Of a stretch of DNA of 64,000 nucleotides, positions 36,120 through 51,150 are shown piece after piece. Positions within the stretch are counted from its first letter, which is position 1; the number at the start of each line of letters is the position of its first letter. Position numbers and translations under genes: made by a program. The notes beneath the pieces were generated by a model that was given only the letters and a program-made list of their open reading frames with translations, was not told the DNA's origin and searched no databases. The DNA comes from Cycas panzhihuaensis (taxonomy: Eukaryota > Plantae > Cycadophyta), in assembly GCA_023213395.1 (NCBI GenBank), contig CM041465.1, positions 69,323,741 through 69,387,740 of the forward strand, given 5' to 3'.

Positions 36120-38131
36120 AATAGGAGGAATATAAAAACACTCAGGAACCATGATTAGAAATGCATCCTGAGGTCACTCTACCTATTGAGAATTTTCTTA
36201 AATAGTATTTAAAAACCATGGCCGAAACTCAATTTCCTGGGACAAAAAAAAAAAAAAAATTAAGAATGAGACCTAATATGGCTAATTTTGCTTTGATACA
36301 AGATGTGCTGAATCTTAAAGAGCCTTTGAATTTTGATAAAGCTAATCAGTAGTAGAATAGAGTTTAACAATACATATTGAGATTTAAGTCATTGAGTAGA
36401 ACATGACTTGGAATTTAGTGGATTTGCTAGTAGGCAAATAGGCAATTGGTTATAAATGGGTCTATAAGATCAAATTTAGATTTAATGACTCTCTTGATAA
36501 ACACAAGGCTAGATTAGTAGCCAAAGGATTGAGGTAGATAGAAGGGATTAATTACTAGGATGCATTCACTCCAGCAGTTAATATGGTGATGACTATACTA
36601 ATACTAATGATAGATGCTTAGTTGAAATGGCAGTTACACTAGTTTAATGACAAAAGTACCTTTCTTAATAGAGATCCTATGGAGGAAGTCTATATGGAGT
36701 AACCACTTGGATATGCCAATAAAGGCAAAAACATCTAGTATATTACCTGAAGAAGACTTTATATGGTCTCAAGAAGGCTTCAAAAGCCTAGTACTCTAAG
36801 ATTAATTAGTATTTTATGGATAATGTATTTAAGAGTTTACTTACTGATCTAAACCTATACATCAAGGTTGAAGGAAATTCAATCATCTTTATAGTGTTGT
36901 ATGTAGATGATCTTGTGATCACAAGGAATAACACCTCAAAGTTTAAAGACCTAAAGAATGATCTCAAGAAGACATTTAAGATGGTAAATCTTATATTACT
37001 CTGCTACTCTTTAGGAGTAGAAGTGCGGCAGAAGATTAAAAAAATATTTATTTCACAAGCTAAGTATATATAAGAAAACTTGAAGAGATTTAAAATGGAG
37101 GAATCTAAACTTGAATATGTCCCTATAGAAATAGGTTTAAAATTGATATCTCTAAATGATTAGGAATGAGTAAATAGAATGATGTTTAAGCAGCTAGTTA
37201 GTAGCTTGATTTACTTGACTACAACTAGGCCTGACACTTTCTTTGTAGTTAGTATGGTGTCAAAGTTTATGGTAGAACTAAAGTAGAGTAATTAAAAATC
37301 TACAAAGAGGATCCTAATATATTTGTATTAGACATTACAGATTGGATTGAAGCTTGGCTAGAATGATAATTTTTGGCTAAAGGGATATTCAAATTTTGAT
37401 TGGGTTGGATGTGCAGATAGTAGAAGGCTCACTTCAAGATATTATTTTAGTTTTGGTTTTATTTTTATCACTTGGAATAATAAGAAGTAGCCTAACATTA
37501 TATTATCTGCTACTAAGATAGAGAACAAAGTTGTTGTAACAACTTATGAGGCTATCTAATTGGGATAAGGACTTGATGATTAGAATTTCATTAAGATGAG
37601 GTGATTACATCATACTGTGATAATCAAAGAACCTTGAAGATTATAAAGAATCTGATGTTCCATGCTTGCACCAAACACATCAATTCCAACATCATTTCAT
37701 TAGGGAGTAGATCCAAAATGGAGAAGTTAAACTTCTATACAAAATAGAAGAAGAACAACTAGTAGATATATTCGTCAAACCTTTAGGTAGAGATAAGTTT
37801 GATAAAGTTAGATCTTATATTAGTGTTAAATCCAATGGTATGAACATTAAGGGGGAGTATTAGGATTAATATTCATATATGATAAGTTTGGTCAATGAGT
37901 TGTCAGGAGTTATAAAGCTGTTAATAGGTTTGTGACATGTGTTAAGGTAGTTACAAGTTCATGTTTGGACTATTACTAATCTCACTTATACAAATATCTA
38001 TATTGAGTTGTATTTTACATGATATTCATTCCTATTGAATGAAAATCATTTATAAAGGTAGACTAATTCTACTTGATTAAACTTATATTGTTAAGCTTTG
38101 CATTGGTTCTATTTTAATCGCTAATTTTACA
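36120..38131 (+). mobile_element. 5'-truncated Ty1/copia (RT-RH, PPT, 3' LTR 37858-38131), same family as element D
   Basis: IKVEGNSIIFIVLYVDDLVITRNN closely matches IKVEENSIIFVVSYIDDLVITRNN of element D. PPT TTAAGGGGGAG at 37847-37857; LTR is homologous to the D LTRs. Confidence 0.88.
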
Positions 38132-38199
38132 TATATGGTCCTCGTTATTGAGTTTGTAACTTTCTTAGTTAATCTTGAATCTATTATTAAATAGTAGTA

Positions 38200-41100
38200 C
38201 TTTATCACCCATCATGAGATGTATACTCCTTATATATTAATCATGCCATGTCTTTGTCACCACTTGAAAATAACTTTATGTTAATTCTCTAAGATTTTTT
38301 TTTTAAAGCTTCTTAATTGTTATGGTCATTGTCAACTTTGTATATTATCCCATTTAAAATATTATACCATTTTAAGACTTAGAATAATAAACTTTTTTAG
38401 CATTATAACTTTGATTCCATACACTAATTGAAAAGGTATAAATTGAATTGACTTTTAAAAAATCATTAAGAAGGCCTACATAAGTATATATAAATTTTTT
38501 TCCTAAGCTATTCAACTTGCTTTAATAAATATTTATCAAGGCTTAATAAAAAGCTTATTGTAGCTATAAGTTATACCTTTATCTTGATAATATAAAGAAA
38601 TTTTATAATGCGATATCATGAAATCCTTAATTAATTTTCCATACCCTAATTAATAAAAAGCATTTCTCAATTGTCAACCACTTCTAATGGATAGTTATAT
38701 CTTGTAAGAATGTATTTCTATAAAAACTTAGTTGCATTTTGAGTTGTATTATCTCTATTCAACATTACTTTGATATTTTTTTTTGTGTAATATATTCTAA
38801 CTAAAACATTTATAGCATATGCATGAATTATTGTTAAGTTAATAAGCACAACAAAAATGATACCCATTTTAGCAAACTATGTTAAAGCTAAGACTAGATG
38901 CATATATAAATAGTGTGCCTATGTAAGTCCATCTATTATTTAACAAATATCACACTTCATCAAGCATTGATACACATCCCTAAAGAAAGCAAACTTCTAA
39001 AGGCTTGCTGAAGGAAGCTTCTTAGAGAGGCTTTAAATTACTATATGTTTTTCAAAGTATCCTCTATGAGCTTATTATAAAATGAGAGATACTTTGTATC
39101 TAAGCACATAACTTTATAAGGTTGAGACAACTCGCATGTGGTAAAGTTAATCATCAATGAGATGAAAATTTAGAGCTTTAGTATTAATGATTTGTCTAAT
39201 CTCTTTGATAAGTCCTTAAGTATTCAACTAGTACACAACCATTGGGCAATTGTAACTAATTCATCTATAATGATATCAACTTGAAATAATTAAGAATCAT
39301 AAAATCCATCATACACATTTGTAGTTGGTTCACCTATATCAATTCTAGATAAATGGTCAAAAGCAACATCTATTTCACTTAGCTTAATAACAATTTTAAC
39401 ATTTGAAATCTTAAAAGAGTGACAACCATTGACTAATTTGACCCTAGAGAGTAGGTTTATTATTGAGTACAAAAATTCTTAATTATTAGCACAATAATGA
39501 AAGAAATGGTCTCATAAATAATCTTGAAATTTTTATAAGGCATATACCATGCCTAATCATTCTCTTTTAGTAGTAGTATAGTTATTTTCAACCTTTGTTA
39601 GCCTTTGACTTGCAAATACAATAGGATGGCTAATATTTCCATGACCATATCTAGCTAAAATAACTTTAATCACTATTATAAATATGTTAAACATGCACAT
39701 ACAACTTATCATTCCAGTTTAAAATCTTCAAAATTAGTGCATTACTAGATTCTTTTTTAACACCGAAAAAATATATCCAACTTCTTTTAACTCGATAGAG
39801 GTGTCATTCTTATGAAGAAACCTTTCCATAAATGCTACAATATGATCATGATAATAAAAGTTCTCTTGTAACCAATATGCCTCCAAAATATTTTCACCAT
39901 TGTTGGATTTATTGGTGATTTTAAATCAAAGAACACTTTAATATTTATCAAGTTAGTTGTTAGGTCTTCTCAAATTACCACATGCATAAGAAAAGTACTA
40001 GAAGGCACCTCTAAAAGTCATACATAAGTGTTTAAAGAAATACCTACCTCCTGACACTTCTATAACATATATATGAATATAAATGCATGGTCCTTAACTA
40101 GCCCCCAAAATGTCTCTCCATTCAATTAAACTTTAAAAAAATAATGGATGATTTCATTAAATGCAAGAGCAATTATTCTTGAAAACATCATTGGAGAATT
40201 TATCAAACTTAAGGGTATTACCTTATATGTGAAAGATTCTCATTGAATCATAAAAGATCTCTTTAACTAATCTTTAATTAGGATCTTCACTTGATTATAT
40301 ACAGAAAATTCATGTAGAAAGGAATAGATCTATTAATCTATAATGTTCTCCAACACCATTTTAGTCAAAGATGTTGGAAATAGGGCTTTCTTTATGGCTA
40401 TGTTTATAGCTCTAAAGTTGGCACGAGTCCACAACTCACTATCTTTCTTCATTGACATGACAATATAACTCACCCATTTACTCTATTCTATTAGGATGAT
40501 TCATCTTTCACTGAGTAGCTTGTTGAGTATCTCATTGATATATTTTCTATATTTGGGATTCATTTGATCAGGTCATTATTAAATAGGTATTTCTCCTTCC
40601 TCTGACTTGATCTTCATTACTTTGACCTCTTTGGGAATTTGTTTCAAATCTTTATATGATCATTCAAATATATCCTTGAATTCTTTACAGCATTTGTGAA
40701 TTGTTTCATCATCTTTATATCTTAAAAATTACTTATCTTAAAAATTTGAGGGTTTTCTTTAGTATCCAAATTTAAATTGATCACACATAGAGGCTAAATT
40801 TCACTAACTGTTTTACAATGCCCATCTTATGGTTAGCTTTCCTGCCTTCAACTTTCATCCCAATAAGTTTAGTGGTACTTGACTTAGAGCATCCTTTGAC
40901 TCAATTTGATAACATGGTATAAATGCAACATTTCTTTTCAACTTTAGATAAATAGTTTAATTAGTATCCAAAAGGAAAACATCCTTTGTTTAAAAAAAAA
41001 TAGTCAGCATTTTAATATTGACATCCTAAAAGGTAAATATAATTTGAAGTTTTGAGCCAACAAGATCAAGTCACTTGTAATTCTCCCCAATTATTCGCTA

Positions 41101-43500
41101 GCACTCTAATAATATTGTAATTCACTTAATAGTAACAAATAAATGCAACTAATACTTTGGAGTTCCTTGAGTTAGCCAAGAGGTAGTGTATAGTGCTAAA
41201 TGGTTACTATGGAATTCTCTCTTAAACATAAATGTATTGCCTCATTTTAGTATTTTAGAAGTCAATCAAATCTTTGGCAAAACCATTTGACTACTAATGT
41301 AAAAGTTTTCCACTCTAGTTGATATATAATCTATTGCTTAAATTATATTCTAGTTAAAAATTTTATTTAATTAACCATTTATTTGAGTTTCACAATGTTT
41401 AATTTTGCCTGCAATTGATCAAGATGCTCAATTGGGTCAATAGATCTATTATATATTATTGACTCCTTTTCCTTACTTGAAAGAATTTATGGTTCAACTT
41501 CTTGGACATTTGGCTTTGCTTAACAAATGCTAAAACATTAACATTGTTCTTAACACATTTTATTTCCATGAATGAATTAATTCAATAAAATTATGAGACA
41601 AGGAAGAAGTTGTTCCATTGTTTAGAATTTGATAGTAGCAAGATTGACATAGTTACTATTAATTGGTTAGTATATATAAATGTCATCATATTAGTCATAT
41701 GATACTTCCTTTTCTATTGGCACAAATATTGTATCTTTATCATATCCTAATTGTGATCTAAGCATGTATTGACTTATTAGTTAGCTTGCCTGAATAACAT
41801 CCTTTATCTATCAAGGAAAAGTATTTTGCATATTCCCCAACCAAGTAGAACCTTATAGGTATCATCACTTTCTCATATATTGATGATTTTAAAATAGCCC
41901 AAAATAGTTATATCGTAAGAAGTTATTTGAGTATTACAAACATTACTAAGAAATTAGGCCACATGCTTGTTAATAATTTTGATCACCATTGGCAATTTCT
42001 TTAATCTTGGCTAAATATTATTTTTCCAAGATTATTCCATGAACACATTTTCTTATGATCCAAATCCAACAATTACATTCATAACTATCTCACCCTTGAT
42101 TTAGATGTAAACCCAAAATTTTTAGCATCAATTAACTTCAATGGTTAAGTTCACTATATTTAATAAACTCTCTTTACATCAAAAGGTCTTGATTTTAAAG
42201 TGCTAAACTTGCCTGTCATTAATAGAATAACTTGAAAGACTATTTTGCCAATTACCTATAAAAGTACAATGCTAAATTAATATCCCCCAAAGTATTAGTC
42301 AAATTTTAGATAAGTTTAATTACAATCTAGATTTTAAAAATTTTGTTGAATTTTGAGAAGGCTTTCTTTTTCCTTTTGAAACATTACTAAGAAATTTTAT
42401 TTTTACCGCATTTCCTTCTGTTAATTTGGACCTATATAGGTGTTCTCTAATTTTTTGTTGGATTATCTTAACCTCCATGCTTAACTTGCCTCGTTAAAAA
42501 GTTAATCTAAAGATTCTAAAACTCCTTTAGTTCTATAATAAATGTTAAATAACACTTCTTCATTTACTTCTTTAAAAATCATAATACATTCAATTATTTT
42601 ATGATTTAATAGATGGCATAATATACAAATGATTGCACTTGGTATATTTATAGGATAATTCTTTGTTGTATGTCCTTGTTTATGACAACTAAGACAATAG
42701 ATTGATTTTGACCAATCATTACTTATTGTGGTCTTGTAAGTATTATGAGAAGTAGATTGGTTTACCCTTAAATTAAACTTGTACTTGAGTTCATTATATG
42801 TACATTTAGTATATATATGACAACACTTTTCAAAAGGTTTAATTGAATGCCATCCATTATGTGTATATTATTATGTTTAATGACTAGAATTTTTTTGTAT
42901 ATGAAAGTGAGGTTGATCTTCCCTAATTATACTCAACTTTTATTGAGTATGTAGATTATGTATATATTTTAGTAGAGTCATTCATATTATTCAATAAGAA
43001 TTAATTGGCATAATGGTTATATGTATCATACTTAGTACATCAAATTGTAGATTGTCTTGATTTTACCTCTACATGCATATGCATTTAAGCTAGGCACTTT
43101 GATAATTATCCTATTACCTTGATTAAGATATCTTCTTGTTAGTTTTATTAGTTATATTATTCCAATTAAAATCTCATCACCACATTATCATCAAATATTA
43201 CAACCTTACTATGATGAATAGTAAATCTAATACTTGTAGTTATTCCTTGCATAAACCAATCAATCTATTACTAGTTGTTGACTAAATAAGGATACTTACT
43301 AAATATTACTTATTAAACACCCATTATTAAATCCTAAGATCTCTAAATTTTCAAATTTTCTTGCTCACAATTATCTATTATGGTGTCTTATTTTTTCCAT
43401 TTACTCTTAGAATTAACTACGTGATACCATTCTAATACTTGATCTTAAAGAGTAGTATTAAACTTAATCCTAATTATCATGATTCTCTATAATGATTTGA
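38200..43500 (-). mobile_element. Very old Ty3/gypsy internal region (gag, PR, RT, RH, INT), probably non-chromovirus
   Basis: Minus strand gives RNase H HPIVFASQRLTKVENNYTTTKRE (about 39560-39630), RT SKWVSYIVMSMKKDSELW (about 40430-40485) and zinc knuckle CLSCHKQGH (about 42670-42690). Boundaries approximate. Confidence 0.65.
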
Positions 43501-46500
43501 AACTTCCAAATTGGCTTACAAATAAAGAAGTATTTTTTTCCTATTAATAGTACTACCAAAGCCTAGAAGATTTTTTAAATTAAAAACAATACCTTCCATT
43601 GTAAAAATTATGTTATATAGGAGAAATCATCTTTGTATTGACAAAACCATACACCTTATAATTTAGTGATAGGTATAGTTGAAAGGTGTTCAACATAGGG
43701 TTAGGTATTACTTTTAATTTTTTAGTATCAAGCTCAGATTATTCTAGTGGACTCTTTCTTCCTAGTCTTTGTTCTCTTGAATTAGTCAAGCTACTTCAAC
43801 TTTCAATTGATTATGGGGCTTGTGATGATTCTTATTTGTGTATTCTCTCTTTAAATCTTACTAAGATAGTCATCTTCATACATAAATATTTTCTTTATGC
43901 CATCATTTTGCATTCTGATTTACTAATCCATTATTTTCTTCTCACTTAAACTTGCTAACTCTTACTCAACCATTCCCTTTTCCATCTGCCCTTTTCTCTT
44001 GCTTTAATAGATGGTCCATGCAATTATGTTATAAAATATTACTCACCAAATAATTATTATGGATTATCAAATATAATTCTTACTTAATTTCTTCAATTAA
44101 AAATTTATATTCAATAGCCTAATCTTTTACAAACTCATCCAAGATGTGATTCCATTAGTTGGATAGATTCAACCATCATTTATCAAAAAATGCATACTAT
44201 TTTTATGCTCACTCTAGGTTAAAACTTTGGAAATTTTTATATTAATTTACTTAAAGATTCAATTTTCCTATTAATAGTGTCTTGATGCAATTATAAAACA
44301 TAACAAACATAGCTTTGAAAAACTCTATCTATAGATGATTATGGAAGTATTATTGAATTTCCAGTAGAGACGGGTTAGTCTTCATAGTAGAAAACTTGAT
44401 ATAGTTATAATTTTAGATTCCCACCAATCTTTCACCTTTTTCTCTGTCATTTCCTTATTTATATTTATTCATCATTTTATAAAAAGATTTTAAAGATAAT
44501 ATGGCCAAATATTCATGGTAAATGGTTCCTTTCTTATTAGCTCATCTATTTTGTAAGTATTCATTTCTAGTCAACTCATATGAATTACTAAACATCCCAT
44601 TCCTAAAATACATATGAAACTAATATAAGCCAATGAGTGATGCACCAGGTATAAATAGATAAATTTAAAACACAAACACATCATACTTGACTTAAATACA
44701 CATCAATAGAATATTTCATTATAAATCTACCCCTTCTAATAATTATGATATAATGCAAAATTAGTCTCACTAATGATATAATGTAGAACATCTCATCATA
44801 ATAGTTAATTAATGATTCTAAAAATTTATTGGAATGTCTAAACTCTCTCCTAAGTTGACCCTTATATTTATAAGTTTACAAAGGTGATGATTACAGAACT
44901 ATCCAACTACTATTATAACTAATCATGAACTAATTAACTCTTAGTCAAATACAATACAAACTTGACTTAGACTAAGGTCAATGTAGTTGTTTTAAGACAA
45001 CTTAAAAAACTACTTCATTAATATTCCATCTAACAAAAGGTCTCCAATGATATAATAATTAACATTTTAATGGATTTAGAGCTTAAGACATAATTGAAGT
45101 GTTCATAAAGATGATAAAAGAGGTGGAAGGGATTCTAAATAGATAAAGTAAGGCAATCATGATAAAACTTATCTTAGTAGAAATAACTATTAATTTTGAC
45201 TTAAGAAGTGGGAAAGGGATCCCTTCTAAAGTTGGTTAGGTGTATTTACATACCTTTTATAACAAGTTGCATGTAAAAACTAATTAACAAGAAGTTAGAA
45301 TATTTGGGAGGCTTTAATATGAATATATTGCACATGGCTCAACATGATTATTAGATAATTAGATAGGCTACCTACTGAATATAAGTGATATAGGAATGAT
45401 TTAAGGAAGTGAAATGTAAGAGATATCTTATGACAAAGTTACAAATATAAGCCCAATAGATTGAGTGGAAATATAATGATCTTAATCAAAATAAAGTCCA
45501 TCTCATTGTTCCCCAAATGGAAAAATGGAATGATATTATAGATGGAATAGATGATATACAGATGAATAGATAATATGTAGATATCCCCTAAAATATAATG
45601 TTTTGAAGTAAATGAAGACCATGGAGGTGAGTCAAAACACTTTGATGACTATGAACATGACATATAATACAATGTTGAGGAACATATATTTTTGTAGAAC
45701 TCCATGACTTGTGTATATTATTATTTCTTTTAAATTTATTTTTATACCTAGTTGGAAATTTTTTGGGTCATATATATTTCCTCCCTTCTTGTTTTGATGG
45801 GGTCAATTAAGGAATGATTTATTAAAATTTTAATATGCTTTAGTACCACATTAGAATTTAGCATGCATCAATACCATAATAAAAAATGTGTTATACATTC
45901 TAAGATTGATGATGTGAAGTATTTATTATTTTAGCATTGCATATATATACTAAATGATCATGAGTGTATATGAGATGATCATAATATAAGACATTGAGCA
46001 CATATAAAATAAGATATGTGCACACCAAGATAACACATTCACAAAATATAACATGAGACATAAATTTATATGTGGAAAACCCTTATTGGAAAAACCCACA
46101 TGAGAAAAGAGATGAACTCAACTCAATTAATCATTTGATGCTTATACATTTTTATAGTATTAATTACCCCATATTTAACCAATCATATGTGAGAACCTAA
46201 TTAACCAATCTATAGAGAAAATAACTAAAAAGAATAATGTAATAACAAAACTTGAAATAATGCAAAAGGTAAAAGAATAAATCTATGCATATTAACAAGG
46301 AACAACTAAAGATTCAAGTCTAAGCATAGACTATTTTATTAATCTGAGCAACAACTAAAAAGTTATAAGAGAAACCCCAACTCTCTTCTCATCCATTCAT
46401 CCAACCATTTGACATGTGCCATTACAGAAATATATATAAATATAATTTTATAAAATACTGCCCTACAGTTTTATAAATACAATGGACATAAACCATGGGC

Positions 46501-46614
46501 TACAAAAGACCCCCATAAGACACCTAAAAGACCCCCATAAAACACCCCACAAAAGGGCTTGACTATAATGCTTATATCCATGTAACAACTACAAAGTGTT
46601 TAACACATCTAACA

Positions 46615-49600
46615 ATCTCCTACTTGTTGAACACTTTGTAAGAAACCTGCATGCACAACTACTAAATGCTTAAATCACACACACCCATTACTTTTCTGCA
46701 CCATTTAAATCTTTTTGTACTAGTAGCTTTAGTTAATGAATCTATGACATTCTCATGTATAACAACTTTCTACGAGTCCACCTTGTTAGAATTAACCATT
46801 TCTCTCACAAAATAAAACTACGTGTCGATATGTTTTGATCTAGCATGAAAAGTATAGTTCTTTGCTAGATAGATTACACTTTGACTATCACAAATTGTCC
46901 TCACAACTTCTTGATTAAAACCAAAATTTGTGTATGACCTCTATAACCAAACCACTTTCTTGCACATATGAGTAGATGGTATATACTCTGCTTCTATGCT
47001 TGAAAATATAATAACTTGTTATCTTTTGCTTATACAATTGATTGCACCACCATAAAGGGAAAATACATACCCATTTGTAGATCTTCTATTGTTAAAATCT
47101 CTCACCTAATCAACATCAACAAATCCTTTTAGATCTATTATTCTACTCTCCCTAGGAATTCCTTGATAACAAATTCTATAGTCTAATGTACCTTATAGAT
47201 ATCTAAAAATCCTTTTAACAACACCCTAATGCTCACTACCTCAGTTTGACATGTATCTGCTAACAATTGCCACTGCATGGGCAATGTTCAACTAAGTATT
47301 AACCATTGTATATATCAAACTTCTGACTACACCTATATATGGGGCAAAGGCCGTGTCCTTAACATCTTAGTGAGTCTTTAAGCATTGCTTGATTGAAGGT
47401 TTAAAACCGATTAGGAAAGAAACACTGACTAAATTACAGTCTTGCATTCTGAACCACTGTAGTATCATTTCAATATATCATCTTTGGCTTAGTCAAATCT
47501 TCCTCTTTTCCTTATTTCTCTTGATTTCAATGCCTAAAATAAAATATGCAACACTGAGGTCCTTTATCTCAAAATGAGATGCCAATTATGCTTTCACAAG
47601 CTAGTTCATTATTTTATTATTACTTATTAATAATATATCATCAACATATAAAGCCAAGATAATAAAGTGACCACTAACATATTTAAATAGATGTAGAAAT
47701 CAACTTTACTATGCACAAATCCATACACCATTATGTGTGAGTTAAATTTTTGGTGCCATATCCTCAGTGATTGCTTTAATCCATATATTGACATCTTCAA
47801 ATTGTACATCATATTCTCCTTACCTGTAACTTCAAAACCTTTTGGCTATAATATATAAATTTCTTCCTCAAGGTTATCATGAGGAAAAACTATCTTCACA
47901 TCTATTTGAACCACTTCAAGATTATAGGTAACTACTACAACCAATAGAAATTTGATAGAAGCTAATCTTGAAATAAGAGGAAAAATCTGAACAAAATTTA
48001 TTCCCTTTACTTGGGAATAACCCTTGCTACCAAATATTTCTAGTACTTTTCCATAGTGCCATCTGTTTAGAACTTCTTTTTGAAGATCTATTTATTATTA
48101 ATAGGTTTTCTGTCATCTGGAAGATTCACCAAGTCACATGTGTCATTCTTATCTAAGGCCATAATTTTTTCTTCTATGGCCTTCTTTCAAAGTTGGCTCT
48201 TTTTTGACTTTATAGCCTCTCGAATAGCACATGGATCTTCGCCTACAGTAGCTAAAATAAATGAGGAGCAATGAAAGTCTTCACGAATATACCTGTCAGG
48301 ATTTTTTTATAATGAGTTTATCTCCTTAAGATGTGAGGTTTATGAGGTTGGACCACCTCCTCAACTAGTTTATCCTTTTCGTCTAACTCATATTTTAATG
48401 CAAAATCTTCATCTCTTGTTTCAAACCACACCTTCTTAGAGCCTTTTTTTTCAATTTCTTCAATATACCTTAAAGACTTGAACTCTTCTCTAAAAATAAC
48501 ATCACGACTATACACAACTTTTTGTGATTGAGGGTTATAAAGCTTATACCCTTTTACTCCATTACCATAGCCTATGAAAATATACTTTTGTGCTTTAAAA
48601 TCAAGCTTTGTCCTTTGTAGTCTAGGAATATGTATAAAAGCTTCATAACTAAACACTTTAAGATAACCGAGAGATGTTTTTTTCCAAACCATATTTCTTT
48701 AGGTATTTTGTTCATTAAAGTAGTCGCCAGTGATCTATTTACCGAGTATCTTATTGTCATGACAGCCTTGGCCCAAAATCTGTTCTCTAAATTAGCAACA
48801 CTGAGCATACTCATTGATTTTTATAGTAAGGTCTATTCATCCTTTCAGTAACTCCATTCTACTGTGACATATAAAAAGTTGTCTTCTTCCTTTCCATTCC
48901 ATAATGCTTATAAAATTGCTCAAATTAATTTGGGGAAAACTCACCTCCATCATTAGTTCTCAACATCTCGATCCTCTTATAAGTTTGATTTTTCACCAAG
49001 ACCTTGAATTCTTTGAATTTGCTAAAAACTTCAGATTCTTACTTGAGAAAGTAACCATATGTTTCTTGAGAAATTAGCAATGAATGAAATAAAATATTTA
49101 GACCCATCTAAAGAGGGTACATCAATAGCCTAAAAACATTATTGTGCATTAGCTATAAAATCCCCTTCACCCTCTTCGAATTAGAAGGAAAACTTACATG
49201 ATTCTTTTAACTATAAATATAATGTTCACAGAAATTAAAATCAAAGGAGCTATTAATCTTAGAGATATCTTTAGTCATACCTCTATAGAGTAAATCATGG
49301 AAGCATTTTTCTCTAATATGGCCTAATCTTTAATGTCACAATAGTCTTACTTATTAGTAACACTTACGTCCTACCTGCATTACTGTTACATTCTGTAATA
49401 GGCATACAACAACTACTAGCATTGATTGTGCTAGCATTAAGCTTATATAACATTCCATATTGAATCCCTCTTACTAACGTTACTGCTCCTCGAACCATTC
49501 TACAATTGTCTTTATTAAAAGTCACTTCAATTCCTACATTACCCAATTGACTAACAAACAAAAGGTTTATAGCCAAACTAGGGATGTGACTTACTTCAAG

Positions 49601-50690
49601 GATAATTTTAATCCTTCTATCCCCAAATTGAGCCTTCTCCCTTCCATGACCCATCAAGGATAATTTTAAACCTTCTATCCCCAAATTAAATCTTCTCCCT
49701 TCCATGACCCATATTTTTATGTGGGCAATGGTCCCCAAGGAATACTTCACCTTCATTAATACTTTCGTATTTACAAAACCACTTTCTATGGGGAGTAACA
49801 TGAAACAAGGCACCAAAGTCAATTAACCAAGACTCAACATTTGACATCTTACCTCAGGAAGCCAAATAAACATCACCATCAACTTCATCGAAGGCCTTTG
49901 TTACCATGGAAAAAGTAGCTTCAGGCGACTTGCTCTTATCAACCTTGGCTCTACACTGACTCTTGATATGGCTAGCCTTCCCACATATCCAATATACCAT
50001 TGGACTTCTTCTTGGAGATTTGAATTTTTCTCTAGATTTTGATTGTCTATACCTAAGCCTTTGTTGGTCATGATCCAACATATGACCTCTGACCGCCAAT
50101 GTTTCTTTTGTTTAATCTTCATAAGATTTGTGTCTTATCTCCTCTGATAACAAAGTGACAATAATTTCATCAAACTTCAAGGTGGTAGTAACTACATTAC
50201 TTAACGCCAATACAAGGTTGTCCAAAGAATCAGGAAGTGAATATAATAGGGTAATACACTTATCTTCTTTAGACATTGTTATCTCAATTAAAATAAATTG
50301 GATTACCACAGTTTTAAATGCGATGAGATGATCTGCAACTATATATCCGTTACTCATCTTGAGTGAATACATCTTTTTATGAAGAAATACTTTGTTAACT
50401 AGGGACATTATTTGATATTAAAACCCTAACTTGTTCCATAGGTCTTTGATTGTAGACTTTGAGGGAATATTTAACAATATTGTATCTTAAAGGTATAACA
50501 TTATGGAACTAATTACTTTTTTATCAAGCTTGTTCTAGTCTTCACTAGCCATAGGCATAGGCTTTTTTCCTACTGTAACAATCCACTGATTTTTATTAAT
50601 AAGGATATCTTCTATTTTTAGCTTCTATAGGTCAAAGTTCTGGTCGTTGAACTTTTCAATCTTTGTTCTTGAAGTGCTTTCCATTGTCCT
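46615..50690 (-). pseudogene. Disrupted complete Copia gag-pol (copy G1)
   Basis: Gag LLYSLPDSLDNLV...LLSEE; knuckle-like YWICGKASHIKSQC; integrase C-terminal KLDFKAQKYIFIGYG...YSRDVIFRE; RT YGLKQSLRIW; RNase H remnants. Confidence 0.9.
49597..49712. repeat. Tandem duplication, 2 x 58 bp, in the G1 protease region
   Basis: GATAATTTTAA...CCCTTCCATGACCCAT at 49601 and 49659. Confidence 0.85.
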
Positions 50691-51150
50691 GCCATATAAG
50701 TTCAACAAACAAAGCTCCTGCTCAATAAATGGCTTCCAACAGAACTAAAACCTCAACTCTGATACCAGATGTAGAGAAAATAATTGAGAAGAACAATGTA
50801 ATAATAAAACTTAAAATAATGTGAAAAATAAATAAATAAATCTAAGCACATCAACAAGGAATAACTAGAGATTCACTCTAAGCATAAACCATTTTATTAT
50901 TTTGAACAATAACTAAAGAGTTACAAGAGAAATCCCAACTCTCTTCTCATCCACTCATGCAACCATTTTATATGTGCCACTATAAAAGTATGTATAGACA
51001 TAATTTTATAAGATACTGCCCCATGGTTTTATAAATATAATGAGTATAAACCATGGGCTACAAAATACCTCCATAAGATACCCCACAAAGGGGTTTAGGT
51101 GTAATGCCTATATCTATGTAACACTTGCAAAGTATTCAACACGTCTAAAA